IMG/VR virus record: IMGVR_UViG_2747842506_000001
Location: 1-64,000 of that record
Direction: 5' to 3' (one strand)
DNA from: a virus
Taxonomy: Duplodnaviria; Caudoviricetes
Length of the DNA stretch: 64,000 nucleotides
Shown: in pieces, positions 9,950 through 19,348 of the stretch
Numbering within the stretch: the first letter of the stretch is position 1
How the letters are laid out: each line of letters begins with the position of its first letter
The notes under the pieces: model-generated
Databases searched by the model: none
What the model saw: only the letters and a program-made list of their open reading frames with translations
Told to the model about the DNA's origin: nothing
Program-made: the position numbers and the translations under genes

Positions 9950-10467
9950 TGGATGAACGAATTGTCATAAGTGATGCGAACATTTTGTTCGATCTGCTGT
10001 CGGTGGACCTACTGACGCTGTTCTTCGACTTGCCTTGGGAAGTGCATACCACGGACTTGGTGATTGGTGAAATCACAAAACCAGAACAGCTGACGAGAAT
10101 TGAAGGATTCCAGAAGGAAGGAAAACTGAAAGTGGCTGTATTCGAGTTGCAGGAAATGTTTGAAATTTCCGCAATGCAAAGGTCTTGCGTGAATAATGCC
10201 TCCATGCCGGACTGTTCCGTCTGGTATTATGCGAAGAAAGTGAATGGGCGTTTACTGACCGGGGACAGGAAGCTGCGGTCGGTCGCGGAACAGGACTTTG
10301 TGCGAGTCTCCGGCATCCTCTATATATTTGACAGGTTGGTCGAGAAAAGCGTTCTTTTACCTGGAATTGCTGCTGAAAAGCTGGAGGCCTTGATGAAGAA
10401 GAACGTTAGGCTCCCGAAAGAAGAATGCGAAAGTAGAATTATCAAATGGAGAAACTCTGCTATGTAA
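9946..10467 (+). CDS. PIN-domain protein coupled to XRE-ImmA gene
   Basis: ISDANILFDL, SMPDCS, LLTGDRKLR; ATGA overlap. Confidence 0.85.
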   Translation: MMDERIVISDANILFDLLSVDLLTLFFDLPWEVHTTDLVIGEITKPEQLTRIEGFQKEGKLKVAVFELQEMFEISAMQRSCVNNASMPDCSVWYYAKKVNGRLLTGDRKLRSVAEQDFVRVSGILYIFDRLVEKSVLLPGIAAEKLEALMKKNVRLPKEECESRIIKWRNSAM

Positions 10468-10656
10468 TTTTTTGAGAAGGATAAATCCTTTAAAAAAAAT
10501 GCCGGAAAGCCGCATGTGCAGCCTTCCGGCACAATGCTCACCAGGTATTGCTACCAGATAAGACGTAAGGAACCTTTAAAGTAGCAATATAGGTGGGTTT
10601 AGTCAAACCTAGATTTCTGCCGAAAGGCGGAAATCGCTACTCGAAAGGTGAATGCA

Positions 10657-11337
10657 ATGACTGCATTTCTTAACAGCGCCCCTAAAGTCGGCGATATAGA
10701 CTTTGAAGATGAATCCACAGAAGAACTTTTGGATTCCAACCTGGATACAAAAGGTTTTTACAATCGTCACTGGGAATGGGCCTTGGCACAGGCGACAGCC
10801 ATGATGCAACCGATTGCGGAACGACTGGGGCAGAAAGGTGTCACATTTGCACCTCAAAATGATGAACTGGCTGTTTGGCCCAAAGATGAAGTAGATGAGG
10901 TTTGCCATGGCGTTCTGGAAACCTTATCTCCACGCAAATTGTACGGATGTACAACCCAGGAAGATTGGCATGGAAATTATGACGGAAATTACGTAAAGCC
11001 TCGTTCAACAACCTATCTTGCACAGGAATGGGCTGCAGACTATATATCCAATGCTGCTCATCATGAAATTTCCCATCAAGCCATCATTTCTGTACGTCAA
11101 ATGATTCATAAGGATCATATGAACCGACGTAATAATGGTTACCGTTCATTGAGCGACGTTGCCTACAGATGCCTTATGGAAAGATTTGCTAAAATGGACA
11201 AAGAACTGGATTCTATGGATGTCGCCAAATTTGACAACAGGATCGGAAAAATTGTCATAGACAAAAAATCCGATGTCTGGCCAATGTTGAAGGCCTTGGT
11301 TGATGTTTATGGAGAATTTATTCAAATCGGGTATTAG
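10657..11337 (+). CDS. Hypothetical protein
   Basis: About 226-aa ORF, RBS AAGGTG. Confidence 0.7.
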   Translation: MTAFLNSAPKVGDIDFEDESTEELLDSNLDTKGFYNRHWEWALAQATAMMQPIAERLGQKGVTFAPQNDELAVWPKDEVDEVCHGVLETLSPRKLYGCTTQEDWHGNYDGNYVKPRSTTYLAQEWAADYISNAAHHEISHQAIISVRQMIHKDHMNRRNNGYRSLSDVAYRCLMERFAKMDKELDSMDVAKFDNRIGKIVIDKKSDVWPMLKALVDVYGEFIQIGY

Positions 11338-11341
11338 AAAT

Positions 11342-11962
11342 ATGAATAAAGTCGTGAACCTTCTTCTTGCAGGATTGTCAATCCTCTATTGTTCATGTGG
11401 TGATTCCAACGCTGATTCTGCACTGCACAAAGATGGCGTTAAACGTGAAAATCAAGAAACGTCATTTTTTAATTGGGATGGTATACCGCCGTTGGTTGGT
11501 AATAAAATAGAAGCCTGTCCTCAGTGTGAGCACCCAGCAGGTATTATCGTTCACCGAGGTCCATTCAATTCTCGCGTGCCTTATGGCAAACTTGTTGAAG
11601 TTGATTCGGGTTCTTCACTTAGAAGAAGCCAAATAGTACAAGCCGAAGGTGAACGAGGGGGTTTGATAAGAGGCCTGTACCGAAAAACGTTAGAGGAAAT
11701 GCAAGCTGTTGGAGGTGATTCCGCGTATTTTACTGGCGAAATCGTTTTCAAGCAGGTAATCAATGAAAAGGGTTCTGTTGAAAGAAGTGAAATCCTTTCA
11801 TCGAGCACGAATATGCCGAAGTTTGACCAAGAAGTTAAAGATTTGGTTGATGCTGTAAAATTCCCCAAATCCAATGGCAAAACTGTGGTGACATTTCCGT
11901 ACAGGTTTGAGAAAACGGGGTATCCTAGAGGGCATATAGATACCACGATTGGAACGCTATAA
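11342..11962 (+). CDS. Lipoprotein with TonB-C / AgmX-PglI-like C-terminal domain
   Basis: Lipobox-like LSILYCSC; GEIVFKQVINEKGSVE..ILSSS...FP.....VTFPYRF. Confidence 0.7.
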   Translation: MNKVVNLLLAGLSILYCSCGDSNADSALHKDGVKRENQETSFFNWDGIPPLVGNKIEACPQCEHPAGIIVHRGPFNSRVPYGKLVEVDSGSSLRRSQIVQAEGERGGLIRGLYRKTLEEMQAVGGDSAYFTGEIVFKQVINEKGSVERSEILSSSTNMPKFDQEVKDLVDAVKFPKSNGKTVVTFPYRFEKTGYPRGHIDTTIGTL

Positions 11963-12204
11963 CCAGGAATTTCAAGATGGAGGGCTGATTCCATGTAAAG
12001 ATCGGAAGTCTGTAATCAATATTTTCGGTCATCAAAAAAAGCCCTGGAATCGTTGGCGCGATCCAGGACTTCGCCTCAACATTTCTGTAGAAGCTACGGT
12101 TTCCTTAAAATAGAAATAAATGGGCGTTTTGACCACCCCGTCTAAATTGGTTTTAGACGGGTCGTTTCTCGCCATGTTCGGTAAATGCCGAAATTTGGTA
12201 AAAT

Positions 12205-13672
12205 GGCTCTTCATCAACATGTGTGGGTGGCTTCGCCACCCTTTTTTGTTGACTTTCGCCTAAATTAAACAAAAAATGGGCTATTTTCTAAAATTTAATC
12301 GCAAAAAAAAACAGAAGAAAAAAGCCCATGTCAAAATTATACAAATCCATCTTCAATGTCAACGGCTGTACTGTCGTCAAGCAGGAGCAAACCGACACCA
12401 CGGTCACCATCACGGTAAGACTCACCAAGGGCAACGCCAGCAGGTGCGGCTGTTGCGGGCGAAAAGGGAAACTCTACGACAACGGCCGGGAACAGAGGAT
12501 ATGGCGGACGCTCGATCTCGGCACGAAAATGGGCTTCATCAAGATGGACACCTACAGGGTGAAGTGCAGGAAGTGCGGCGTAAAAACCGTGAAGGTGCCG
12601 TGGGCAAGCCACAGGTCAGGCTTCACCGACGCCTTCGAGCAGCAGGTCGCATGGGCCGTATGCAGCATGTCGAAAAAGGCTGTCGCAAAGCAGCTACGCA
12701 TCGCCTGGAATACCGTGGGAGAAATCGCCGACCGCGTATGGGAACGCCTGGACACAAGGCCTATCAAGGCAGGCTGCATCTTCAGGCGCATAGGCATCGA
12801 CGAGACCAGCTACAAGAAAGGGCACAAGTACATAACGGTGGTAGTGGATCACGACAGGCGCTGCGTGATCTGGGTGCACGAGGGCTACGGGAAGGAGGTG
12901 CTGGACATCTTCATGAGGGATCTCAGCGAAGAGCAGCGCAAGGGCGTGGAGCTTGTGACTTGTGATGGTGCCAAGTGGATAAGGTCAAGCATCGAGGAGT
13001 TCCTGCCCAATGCCGAGCGGTGCGTGGACAGCTTCCATGTCGTACAGTGGGCGACAGATGCCCTGGACAAGGTCCGTGTGGAAGCCTGGAGGGAGGCCCG
13101 CAAGGAAAACCGCAATCCGAAACGGGGCCGAGGCAGGCCCACGAAGGACAGCGTCCCGAAGGACCGCACCGCGGAGGGGATAAAGAACTCCAGGTACGCT
13201 CTGGGCAAGGCTCCGGAAAACCTTAACGAAAGCCAGCAGAGAAAAATAGAGCTCATAGCCAGCCGCTATCCGCGTCTCTACAGGGCATACCAGCTCAAGG
13301 AGGAGCTGCGCATCATCCTGAAGATGGGCTATGCCGATGCCAGGGAAAATCTGGACAGGTGGCTGTGGCGGGCAAGTCACTCACGCATCGGCTCAGTAAA
13401 GGATCTGTACGCAAAGATCAAGCGCAACTACGACGGAATCCTCAACACAATCAGGCTAGGCGTGTCAAACGCAAGGATCGAGGCGACGAACAACAAGATA
13501 AAGCTACTGATACGGACTGCCTATGGCTTCAGGAATATGAACAACATGCTGTCGCTGATAATGTTGAGCTGTTCCTATGTAGATGTAAAGATAGCCTACG
13601 AATGGGAATCGGAATCGAGAGAATCATCTAGCAAGGCTGCCTAAATGCTACCACACATATTGATGATGCCTC
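12205..13672 (+). mobile_element. ISL3-family IS, copy 2
   Basis: Same ends as copy 1; 8-bp TSD GGTAAAAT. Confidence 0.95.
12328..13644 (+). CDS. ISL3 transposase
   Basis: Protein identical to copy 1. Confidence 0.95.
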   Translation: MSKLYKSIFNVNGCTVVKQEQTDTTVTITVRLTKGNASRCGCCGRKGKLYDNGREQRIWRTLDLGTKMGFIKMDTYRVKCRKCGVKTVKVPWASHRSGFTDAFEQQVAWAVCSMSKKAVAKQLRIAWNTVGEIADRVWERLDTRPIKAGCIFRRIGIDETSYKKGHKYITVVVDHDRRCVIWVHEGYGKEVLDIFMRDLSEEQRKGVELVTCDGAKWIRSSIEEFLPNAERCVDSFHVVQWATDALDKVRVEAWREARKENRNPKRGRGRPTKDSVPKDRTAEGIKNSRYALGKAPENLNESQQRKIELIASRYPRLYRAYQLKEELRIILKMGYADARENLDRWLWRASHSRIGSVKDLYAKIKRNYDGILNTIRLGVSNARIEATNNKIKLLIRTAYGFRNMNNMLSLIMLSCSYVDVKIAYEWESESRESSSKAA

Positions 13673-13710
13673 GGTAAAATTCAACATTTTTTCTTTTAAG
13701 GAAATTTCTT

Positions 13711-14460
13711 ATGCAAAAGAAAAATCCGCTGCTTCTGGTGAAGCGGCTACTACTCCACTACCTAAAATACTTACTCAAGACGACTATGCGCGGGGAGTTT
13801 GATCTCCCGGAAATGCATTGTCATACGAAGGTGCTGCCAGATTACATCGCCGTATATCAGCAGCCTGGTGATTATCATCGCACTCCTTTTACTGCTGTTT
13901 CATTTTTCAGTTATGATGATACGTTTGATGGGCAGCGGGGACTTTACAATGCTATCTACTATGACAATAAACGAGACCTGGAAAAATTTAGGAAACGGTT
14001 CAAGGGCGTTCGATTTGCCATCGCTCCAGATTGTTCGCAGTGCGGTGATGTTGACCACATTGAAAACTTGTATAGGTTGAAGCGATCTCGAATTATTTCC
14101 TTATGGTTAAACCAGGAAATGGGGATATCTGTGATTCCGCTGATTACCTTTCCGAACTTGAAACATCTTGCTTGGGTGCTTGAGGGCCTGCAGGATTGTA
14201 GCGTAGTTGCGTTTAGTACCAAAGGTTGTGTTGACGATCCCTACGAAAAGAGTGTTCTAATGGAGGCTGTAAGGGTAACCGTAGATACACTGAAGCTAAA
14301 GTCAATTCTTGTTTATGATGTGTGCAAGGATAACCATGCTGTTGATGAAATTTTCGCTTACGCACGCCAGAAAGGAATCGACGTTAAGGTTCCACCCAAT
14401 ATGCTGAAGGAGAGGAATATTGTTCTTGCAAAGGAAAGAAGGGGGAAGAAATGCGCGTAA
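13711..14460 (+). CDS. DUF4417-family protein
   Basis: VSFFSYDDTFD, IAPDCS..GD, R.R....W.....GI.VIP, VAFSTKG pattern. Confidence 0.7.
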   Translation: MQKKNPLLLVKRLLLHYLKYLLKTTMRGEFDLPEMHCHTKVLPDYIAVYQQPGDYHRTPFTAVSFFSYDDTFDGQRGLYNAIYYDNKRDLEKFRKRFKGVRFAIAPDCSQCGDVDHIENLYRLKRSRIISLWLNQEMGISVIPLITFPNLKHLAWVLEGLQDCSVVAFSTKGCVDDPYEKSVLMEAVRVTVDTLKLKSILVYDVCKDNHAVDEIFAYARQKGIDVKVPPNMLKERNIVLAKERRGKKCA

Positions 14461-15038
14461 GCTGTACTAATCTTGCCAGTGGCACTAGGGAGAGTGTTTA
14501 CCTTAGTCTTGAACAACTTGAAAACAAAAAGCATGTAGAAGAAATCGAAAATGAAATCGAACAGCTGTTTCGGCAGCTCAATTCCGAAGAGCCGAGGGAA
14601 CCTGCTGCAATTTTGAACCAACTGGAAAATACCCAGTCGTTTACAAAAGAAGCCTTAAATCATATATTTAGGGGAGAGGTGAACGAAAAAGGAGAATTAA
14701 AAGGATATCATCATGAAGGCGTTCGTGGAAATACGGCGAGGATAATTCCCGGTTCCAAAACAGCTCCTGATAAAAATGGAGTTTACTATGGCAAAGTAAT
14801 GAAGGAATATCACGGGAAAATTCTGGTTAAAGCTCAAGAATCCTCCTTCTTTCCTCGAAATTGGTCTCCACAACAGGTGGTGAACGAAATCAATCACTCT
14901 TATTCAAACGCAACCCCAGTCAATCCACATAGACCAACCATTCTTGAAGGAGTGTCTTTATCGGGAATAACGATACGAGTTATCGTTCATAAAAACACAG
15001 GTAAAATAAGGACAGCTTTTCCGATTAGGGGGAAATAA
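14451..15038 (+). CDS. Bacterial EndoU ribonuclease toxin
   Basis: HIFRGE...GYHH, NGVY, K.SSFFP.NWS..QV, I.TAFP. Confidence 0.85.
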   Translation: MRVSCTNLASGTRESVYLSLEQLENKKHVEEIENEIEQLFRQLNSEEPREPAAILNQLENTQSFTKEALNHIFRGEVNEKGELKGYHHEGVRGNTARIIPGSKTAPDKNGVYYGKVMKEYHGKILVKAQESSFFPRNWSPQQVVNEINHSYSNATPVNPHRPTILEGVSLSGITIRVIVHKNTGKIRTAFPIRGK

Positions 15039-15041
15039 ATT

Positions 15042-15428
15042 ATGAAGTACACTATTGAACACATTGTCCATGACGGAGAAAAGACGGATATCATTTTCGA
15101 TTTTGGTAAGGAACATTCCTTGATAAGTGTATTCCTTTCCAGTGAATGTGATTTGTTGGGGACTTTTCTGGAACACATTGATCTAGTCCTTTCAGATAAA
15201 TTTGAAAGAGCTGAGGTGAGTGGAAATATTTGCTTTGTCGAGATTCATAAAGATTGTTCAAGAGTAGAATATCTTTATCCAGATGAAGATGATGTGGCTG
15301 AGGGTATAATCAACGAGGAAACTGTCAGTACAGTCGAATTAAAACAGCTGATAGTGGAATTCGTTGCTAAACGCGAGGAATTCTTTAGGTTGAAAAAATT
15401 GGGTAAGGGTAGTCAAACGGCTTCTTGA
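15042..15428 (+). CDS. Probable immunity protein for EndoU toxin
   Basis: Acidic 128-aa ORF 3 bp downstream of toxin; SGN.C.VEI motif. Confidence 0.65.
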   Translation: MKYTIEHIVHDGEKTDIIFDFGKEHSLISVFLSSECDLLGTFLEHIDLVLSDKFERAEVSGNICFVEIHKDCSRVEYLYPDEDDVAEGIINEETVSTVELKQLIVEFVAKREEFFRLKKLGKGSQTAS

Positions 15429-15442
15429 GTCTTTGGTTTATC

Positions 15443-18088
15443 CTACAACTTCTCCAGCTTTCCGTTCTTGATGTAATAAACCTCTGCTCCGATGCTTTGC
15501 CATTTCTTGGCTGTTTCAAGATGCTTGGCCCTAGCCTTATCCATCAAGTCATAGGGGTAGGTGAGGGATTCTACGCAATCAATCGTGACGTCGCCATGGA
15601 ACTGTAGTTCCAGGTAGCTTCGGATATTGTTGTCTCGGAAGTTCGCCATGTTGGAAGTGTCAGTTCCAAGTTTTGGCAATTTCCTTTCACTCATGTCGTC
15701 ATAGGAAACAGCCTTTGGATCAGTGACGAGGCTGGGCTGGTAAGTTTCGCCGAGGCTGTCGCCAGCAGTCCAGGTGCAGACGACCTTATCCTTCTTGAAA
15801 CGAACTGTGACATTTCCGTACTGCGTGGCCGGATTGTGGGACTTGAACTCGCGAAGTTTGTCGTGGTCCAGCAGGTTTCCGTATTTTTCGTACTGGCCGA
15901 TCTTGAGCTGGTTTGCTCTGTCGGTGGAACCAAGGCCAAAAAGGTTATGGGCGGCGCCCAAACGCGCGTGAGACTGTTTGATTGAACCGTCCGCGTTTAG
16001 ACTTGGACCACAATAACCGCCGGAGCTTCCCGTTTCAAACGTGTTCTTGAAATGGCTGGTGAATACCTTTTCGAGAATATCGTCGTCAATGTGCATTCCC
16101 AGGTCATGCTGCTGGAAAAGCATCTTCATATTGGCTTCGATTTCCTTGGCGTACTTCTTTGTGTCCGAACCGTACTTTCTGGATTTTTCATACTTGGCGA
16201 TGGCGTCGTCCAGATGTTCAAGCGTCTTGGGGAGGTTTGTTCCCATGGTTGCCTTGAGTTCCGGCAGGGTTACATTCCCAAACGGGACGCCCCCAGCCGT
16301 TCCGCTCTTGATCTTCTTCAAGCGTTCGCGAAGTTCCTTGGCTTCGATTTCAGCCTTTCTTGTTTCGGCCTTCTTCAACAGCTGTTGAAGCTCCGTTCTT
16401 GCTGCGGCGTCACCCTTTGCAATCGCGGCGTCCATATCCTCCGCCAGCTTCTTGATGATCCCGGATTTCGGATGCTTGGCAAGAAAGTCCTTGATTTCGT
16501 CCACGCGTTGAATGTCGGATTCCCATAGGATTTTCTGTTCCACCTCGCGAAGCGCCTTCTTATAGGCGTCCTGTGCGACCTTCCAGCTGGAATACTTCTT
16601 ATGGTCCTCCACCCACTTGATTTCAAATTCAAGGTCATGCTTTCGGCTGGAAAGGGAACGGGGCATCCCGTCGAGTTTCTTCTTGACGGAATCATTGACT
16701 AGAATGGCTGTGTCATAGTCGAAATCCCTGGCGACCTGGATCGGGTCCTCAAGGTAGGTACAGGCCTTGAGCTTCTTGAGGGATTCCTCCAGCTTGGCGC
16801 TCTGGGCTTCCATTTCGCTGTAGGCGCTTTTGCCGCCCTTCTGCAGGGCTTTTTCCAGTTCGTCCTTACCGGACAATCCATGAAGCCCGTTTGCTTCCTG
16901 TAACAGCTTGTGCGCCTCTGTACGGATGGCTGTTCTGCGTTCCAGCTCCTTCCTGATGGCGTTTTCCTGTGAAATAGTCCTTTTTTCATGCCTTTTCTGG
17001 GCAATTTCGGCAATTCTGCGCCTGCGGAGCCTTTCTTCCCAGCGGTTTTGGATATCCGCGATCTGCTGGGGCGTCCTTTCGTGGCGTTTTTCTGCGGCCT
17101 GGATGAGCCTTTGCCTGGATAACAGCGTTTCCTGCTCCATTTTAAGCGCCTGCAGCTGTTTTTCTTGCTGGGCGATAGTCTGTTCCATCTTTTCAAGCTG
17201 GACGCTTGCAGCCTCGCTTGCGCTTTGCTGTGGAGGTTCCGGCTGTCTGACCTGGTATTTCCCGTCGATTTCTGGCTCCCAGGCGACCATGCTGCAACGG
17301 CATTGGAAATCCTCGCCGGGCGTTCCGTGGAACATATCCGAGGTTCTTTGGTGTTCCACAAGCCCTTCCGGGGTTTCCTCGTAATAGACGTCCGGATTGT
17401 CGACGCTACAGATCAAACCGTTCATTTTTGCATGGCTGTCGCGTTCGCGCCCGTCCAAGGTTGTCATCCAGACGTAATACTGGATTCCGACCTTCCTGTA
17501 GATGGATAGGTTTGCCGCGCTGTTGAGCTTTCCCATTTCCGTTCTGGCGATAAGTTCTGCTCGGTGTTTGGTTTCAAACGGCAATTCCCTGCGAATCGCA
17601 GATTCCAGTTGCGATTTGCTCCAGCCTTTCATCCTTGCGTCTGTCGCGAGCCTTGAAATCTTTGCCTTGGCTTCCGTTTCCGCGCTGATGCAGAGCTGCT
17701 GGAAATTGGATTTCCAGGCGTCAAAGATGGACTTTTCCGCTTCCGGGGGGAAATAGGGCTGTCCGACGAGCATCTTGGAGTATTCGCTGAAATTCCAGCC
17801 CGTCTTTACGCCAAGGGCGTCGGCAAGGCTGGAAACCTTCTTGACAAATTCTGGAGAGAGTTCGGTCGTCGCTTTCGCAAGATCGTCCAGGTCGTCCACA
17901 AAGCCCATGAGGGCAATCTGGATATTCTGTTCAAGGGCGCGCGCAAATTCCTCGCGTGTCGCCCTTTGCAGGTCTGCCTCGATTGCGCTGGGATAGAACT
18001 GGTGGGCGCTGAAAATGGGTCTGCGTCCACGCTTCTTCTGTCCGATGCGTTCCACGTTCCTTACGAAATTGAGAAAGCTGCCTGCCAT
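15443..18088 (-). CDS. MuF (SPP1 gp7) minor head protein with coiled-coil linker and DUF3626-like C-terminal domain
   Basis: RAELIARTE, YVW.T..DGRER.SH, PGEDFQCRC; C-terminal FKNTFETGSSGG, EKYG, QYG, WTAGDS, YLELQFHG. Confidence 0.85.
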   Translation of the reverse strand: MAGSFLNFVRNVERIGQKKRGRRPIFSAHQFYPSAIEADLQRATREEFARALEQNIQIALMGFVDDLDDLAKATTELSPEFVKKVSSLADALGVKTGWNFSEYSKMLVGQPYFPPEAEKSIFDAWKSNFQQLCISAETEAKAKISRLATDARMKGWSKSQLESAIRRELPFETKHRAELIARTEMGKLNSAANLSIYRKVGIQYYVWMTTLDGRERDSHAKMNGLICSVDNPDVYYEETPEGLVEHQRTSDMFHGTPGEDFQCRCSMVAWEPEIDGKYQVRQPEPPQQSASEAASVQLEKMEQTIAQQEKQLQALKMEQETLLSRQRLIQAAEKRHERTPQQIADIQNRWEERLRRRRIAEIAQKRHEKRTISQENAIRKELERRTAIRTEAHKLLQEANGLHGLSGKDELEKALQKGGKSAYSEMEAQSAKLEESLKKLKACTYLEDPIQVARDFDYDTAILVNDSVKKKLDGMPRSLSSRKHDLEFEIKWVEDHKKYSSWKVAQDAYKKALREVEQKILWESDIQRVDEIKDFLAKHPKSGIIKKLAEDMDAAIAKGDAAARTELQQLLKKAETRKAEIEAKELRERLKKIKSGTAGGVPFGNVTLPELKATMGTNLPKTLEHLDDAIAKYEKSRKYGSDTKKYAKEIEANMKMLFQQHDLGMHIDDDILEKVFTSHFKNTFETGSSGGYCGPSLNADGSIKQSHARLGAAHNLFGLGSTDRANQLKIGQYEKYGNLLDHDKLREFKSHNPATQYGNVTVRFKKDKVVCTWTAGDSLGETYQPSLVTDPKAVSYDDMSERKLPKLGTDTSNMANFRDNNIRSYLELQFHGDVTIDCVESLTYPYDLMDKARAKHLETAKKWQSIGAEVYYIKNGKLEKL

Positions 18089-18092
18089 TTCG

Positions 18093-19334
18093 CTATTCCT
18101 TTACCGTTACCTTCCAGCTGTGACCGTTTACGAAGATGCTGTCGCGGATGCTGTCCGCGTCGATGGCTCCCATCTGATAGTAGATGTTGAGCGTTTCGCT
18201 CTGCAGTTTCAAAGCCTCCAGTTCCTCCTTCAAGGACATGACGGAAACTGCACCCCATTCAAACTCGCAGCAGGGGGAATGACAGTTCCTTTGTGCAAGT
18301 TCCTCGATGAGCCTTGCTGCGGGACGGTAGAGGTAGCGTGAGCGCCAGCTTTCCACCAGCTCGCCATAGGCCTTGGTGTCGCCCTCGTTCGTCTGGGCGA
18401 GTCCGGTCGCGCTCTGTCCGAAAAGGATACTCATGGGGATGCGGGAATCCGCGCTGACCATGTTCATCGCCTTTTGCAGAATTTCCGGAAGGCCTGCAAA
18501 GTTGTGGCTGAGAATCTGGAACTTGTCATTTGCTCCGCTGAAAACGCCCCGGAAGGAACTCATGGATACTTTTACTAGGCTCATGAGTTCCTGGGCGTCC
18601 CTAATACCACAATCCGGCTTTGAAAGCATTTCGTTGAACCCTTCCAGCGAGAAGAGCATGACGCCAGTTTCGGAAGCCATGTTTACGATGCTTGCCATGA
18701 CGTTGGCGAGGTTCTTTAGGCTATGTTCGCAGGATTTGAGGGCAGGGGAACCGAAGAACCTTTCGCGGAGGGAAACTCCCTGGAGAAGGTCGGGAGCCTT
18801 CTTTCCGTGGATCACGGTGCATCTTGAAGGGTGAATGTCCCTGCGCTGACCGTCCAGAAGCGAGACGCGGAACAGGCGTGGATTGTCGCCCTCAAAGTCG
18901 CTGGCCTCCAGCTCCACCTTTCCCGTGCTATAGACTCGGTACTGTTTTACTTTCGCACTTGGGGAGGGCGGGTTGATAAGGTTTGCCGCATCCAGGTCGT
19001 TTTCGTATTCCGTGACAATGAGCGCGCCTCCCGTGAGTCGCTGGTATTCTCCAGCGACCTGTAGCGCCTCGATAAGCCCAAGGGCGAGACATTCCTTGAG
19101 GACAGTCCCGTCTTCGTCACCGATGATGGAAATATCCTGCTTGAAGGCTGTTTCCGGAACGCATTCCACGATTCTTGCCGCGATACCGTCCTGTACCTTC
19201 ATTCTTGCAAGTTCCTGGAGGTCCGTTCCGCCATAGGGCTTTGCAAATGTGTCTTCCGTCTTGTCGGTGTCCTTTCGACCCATTCCTGTGACAAAGTTGC
19301 CGTAGGCACCGTCCTGAATCTTCTCTGTATTCAT
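18093..19334 (-). CDS. Portal protein (DUF1073 type)
   Basis: DG.GNFVTGMG, IHPSRC, ADSRIPMSILFGQS.TGL...EGD; lies between terL and MuF. Confidence 0.85.
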   Translation of the reverse strand: MNTEKIQDGAYGNFVTGMGRKDTDKTEDTFAKPYGGTDLQELARMKVQDGIAARIVECVPETAFKQDISIIGDEDGTVLKECLALGLIEALQVAGEYQRLTGGALIVTEYENDLDAANLINPPSPSAKVKQYRVYSTGKVELEASDFEGDNPRLFRVSLLDGQRRDIHPSRCTVIHGKKAPDLLQGVSLRERFFGSPALKSCEHSLKNLANVMASIVNMASETGVMLFSLEGFNEMLSKPDCGIRDAQELMSLVKVSMSSFRGVFSGANDKFQILSHNFAGLPEILQKAMNMVSADSRIPMSILFGQSATGLAQTNEGDTKAYGELVESWRSRYLYRPAARLIEELAQRNCHSPCCEFEWGAVSVMSLKEELEALKLQSETLNIYYQMGAIDADSIRDSIFVNGHSWKVTVKE

Positions 19335-19348
19335 GAATGATACTCCTG

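Noticed and set aside
18093-19334. Anti-CBASS Acb1 label often attached to DUF1073 proteins
   Set aside because: Position and size indicate a portal protein; no 2H-phosphoesterase extension visible
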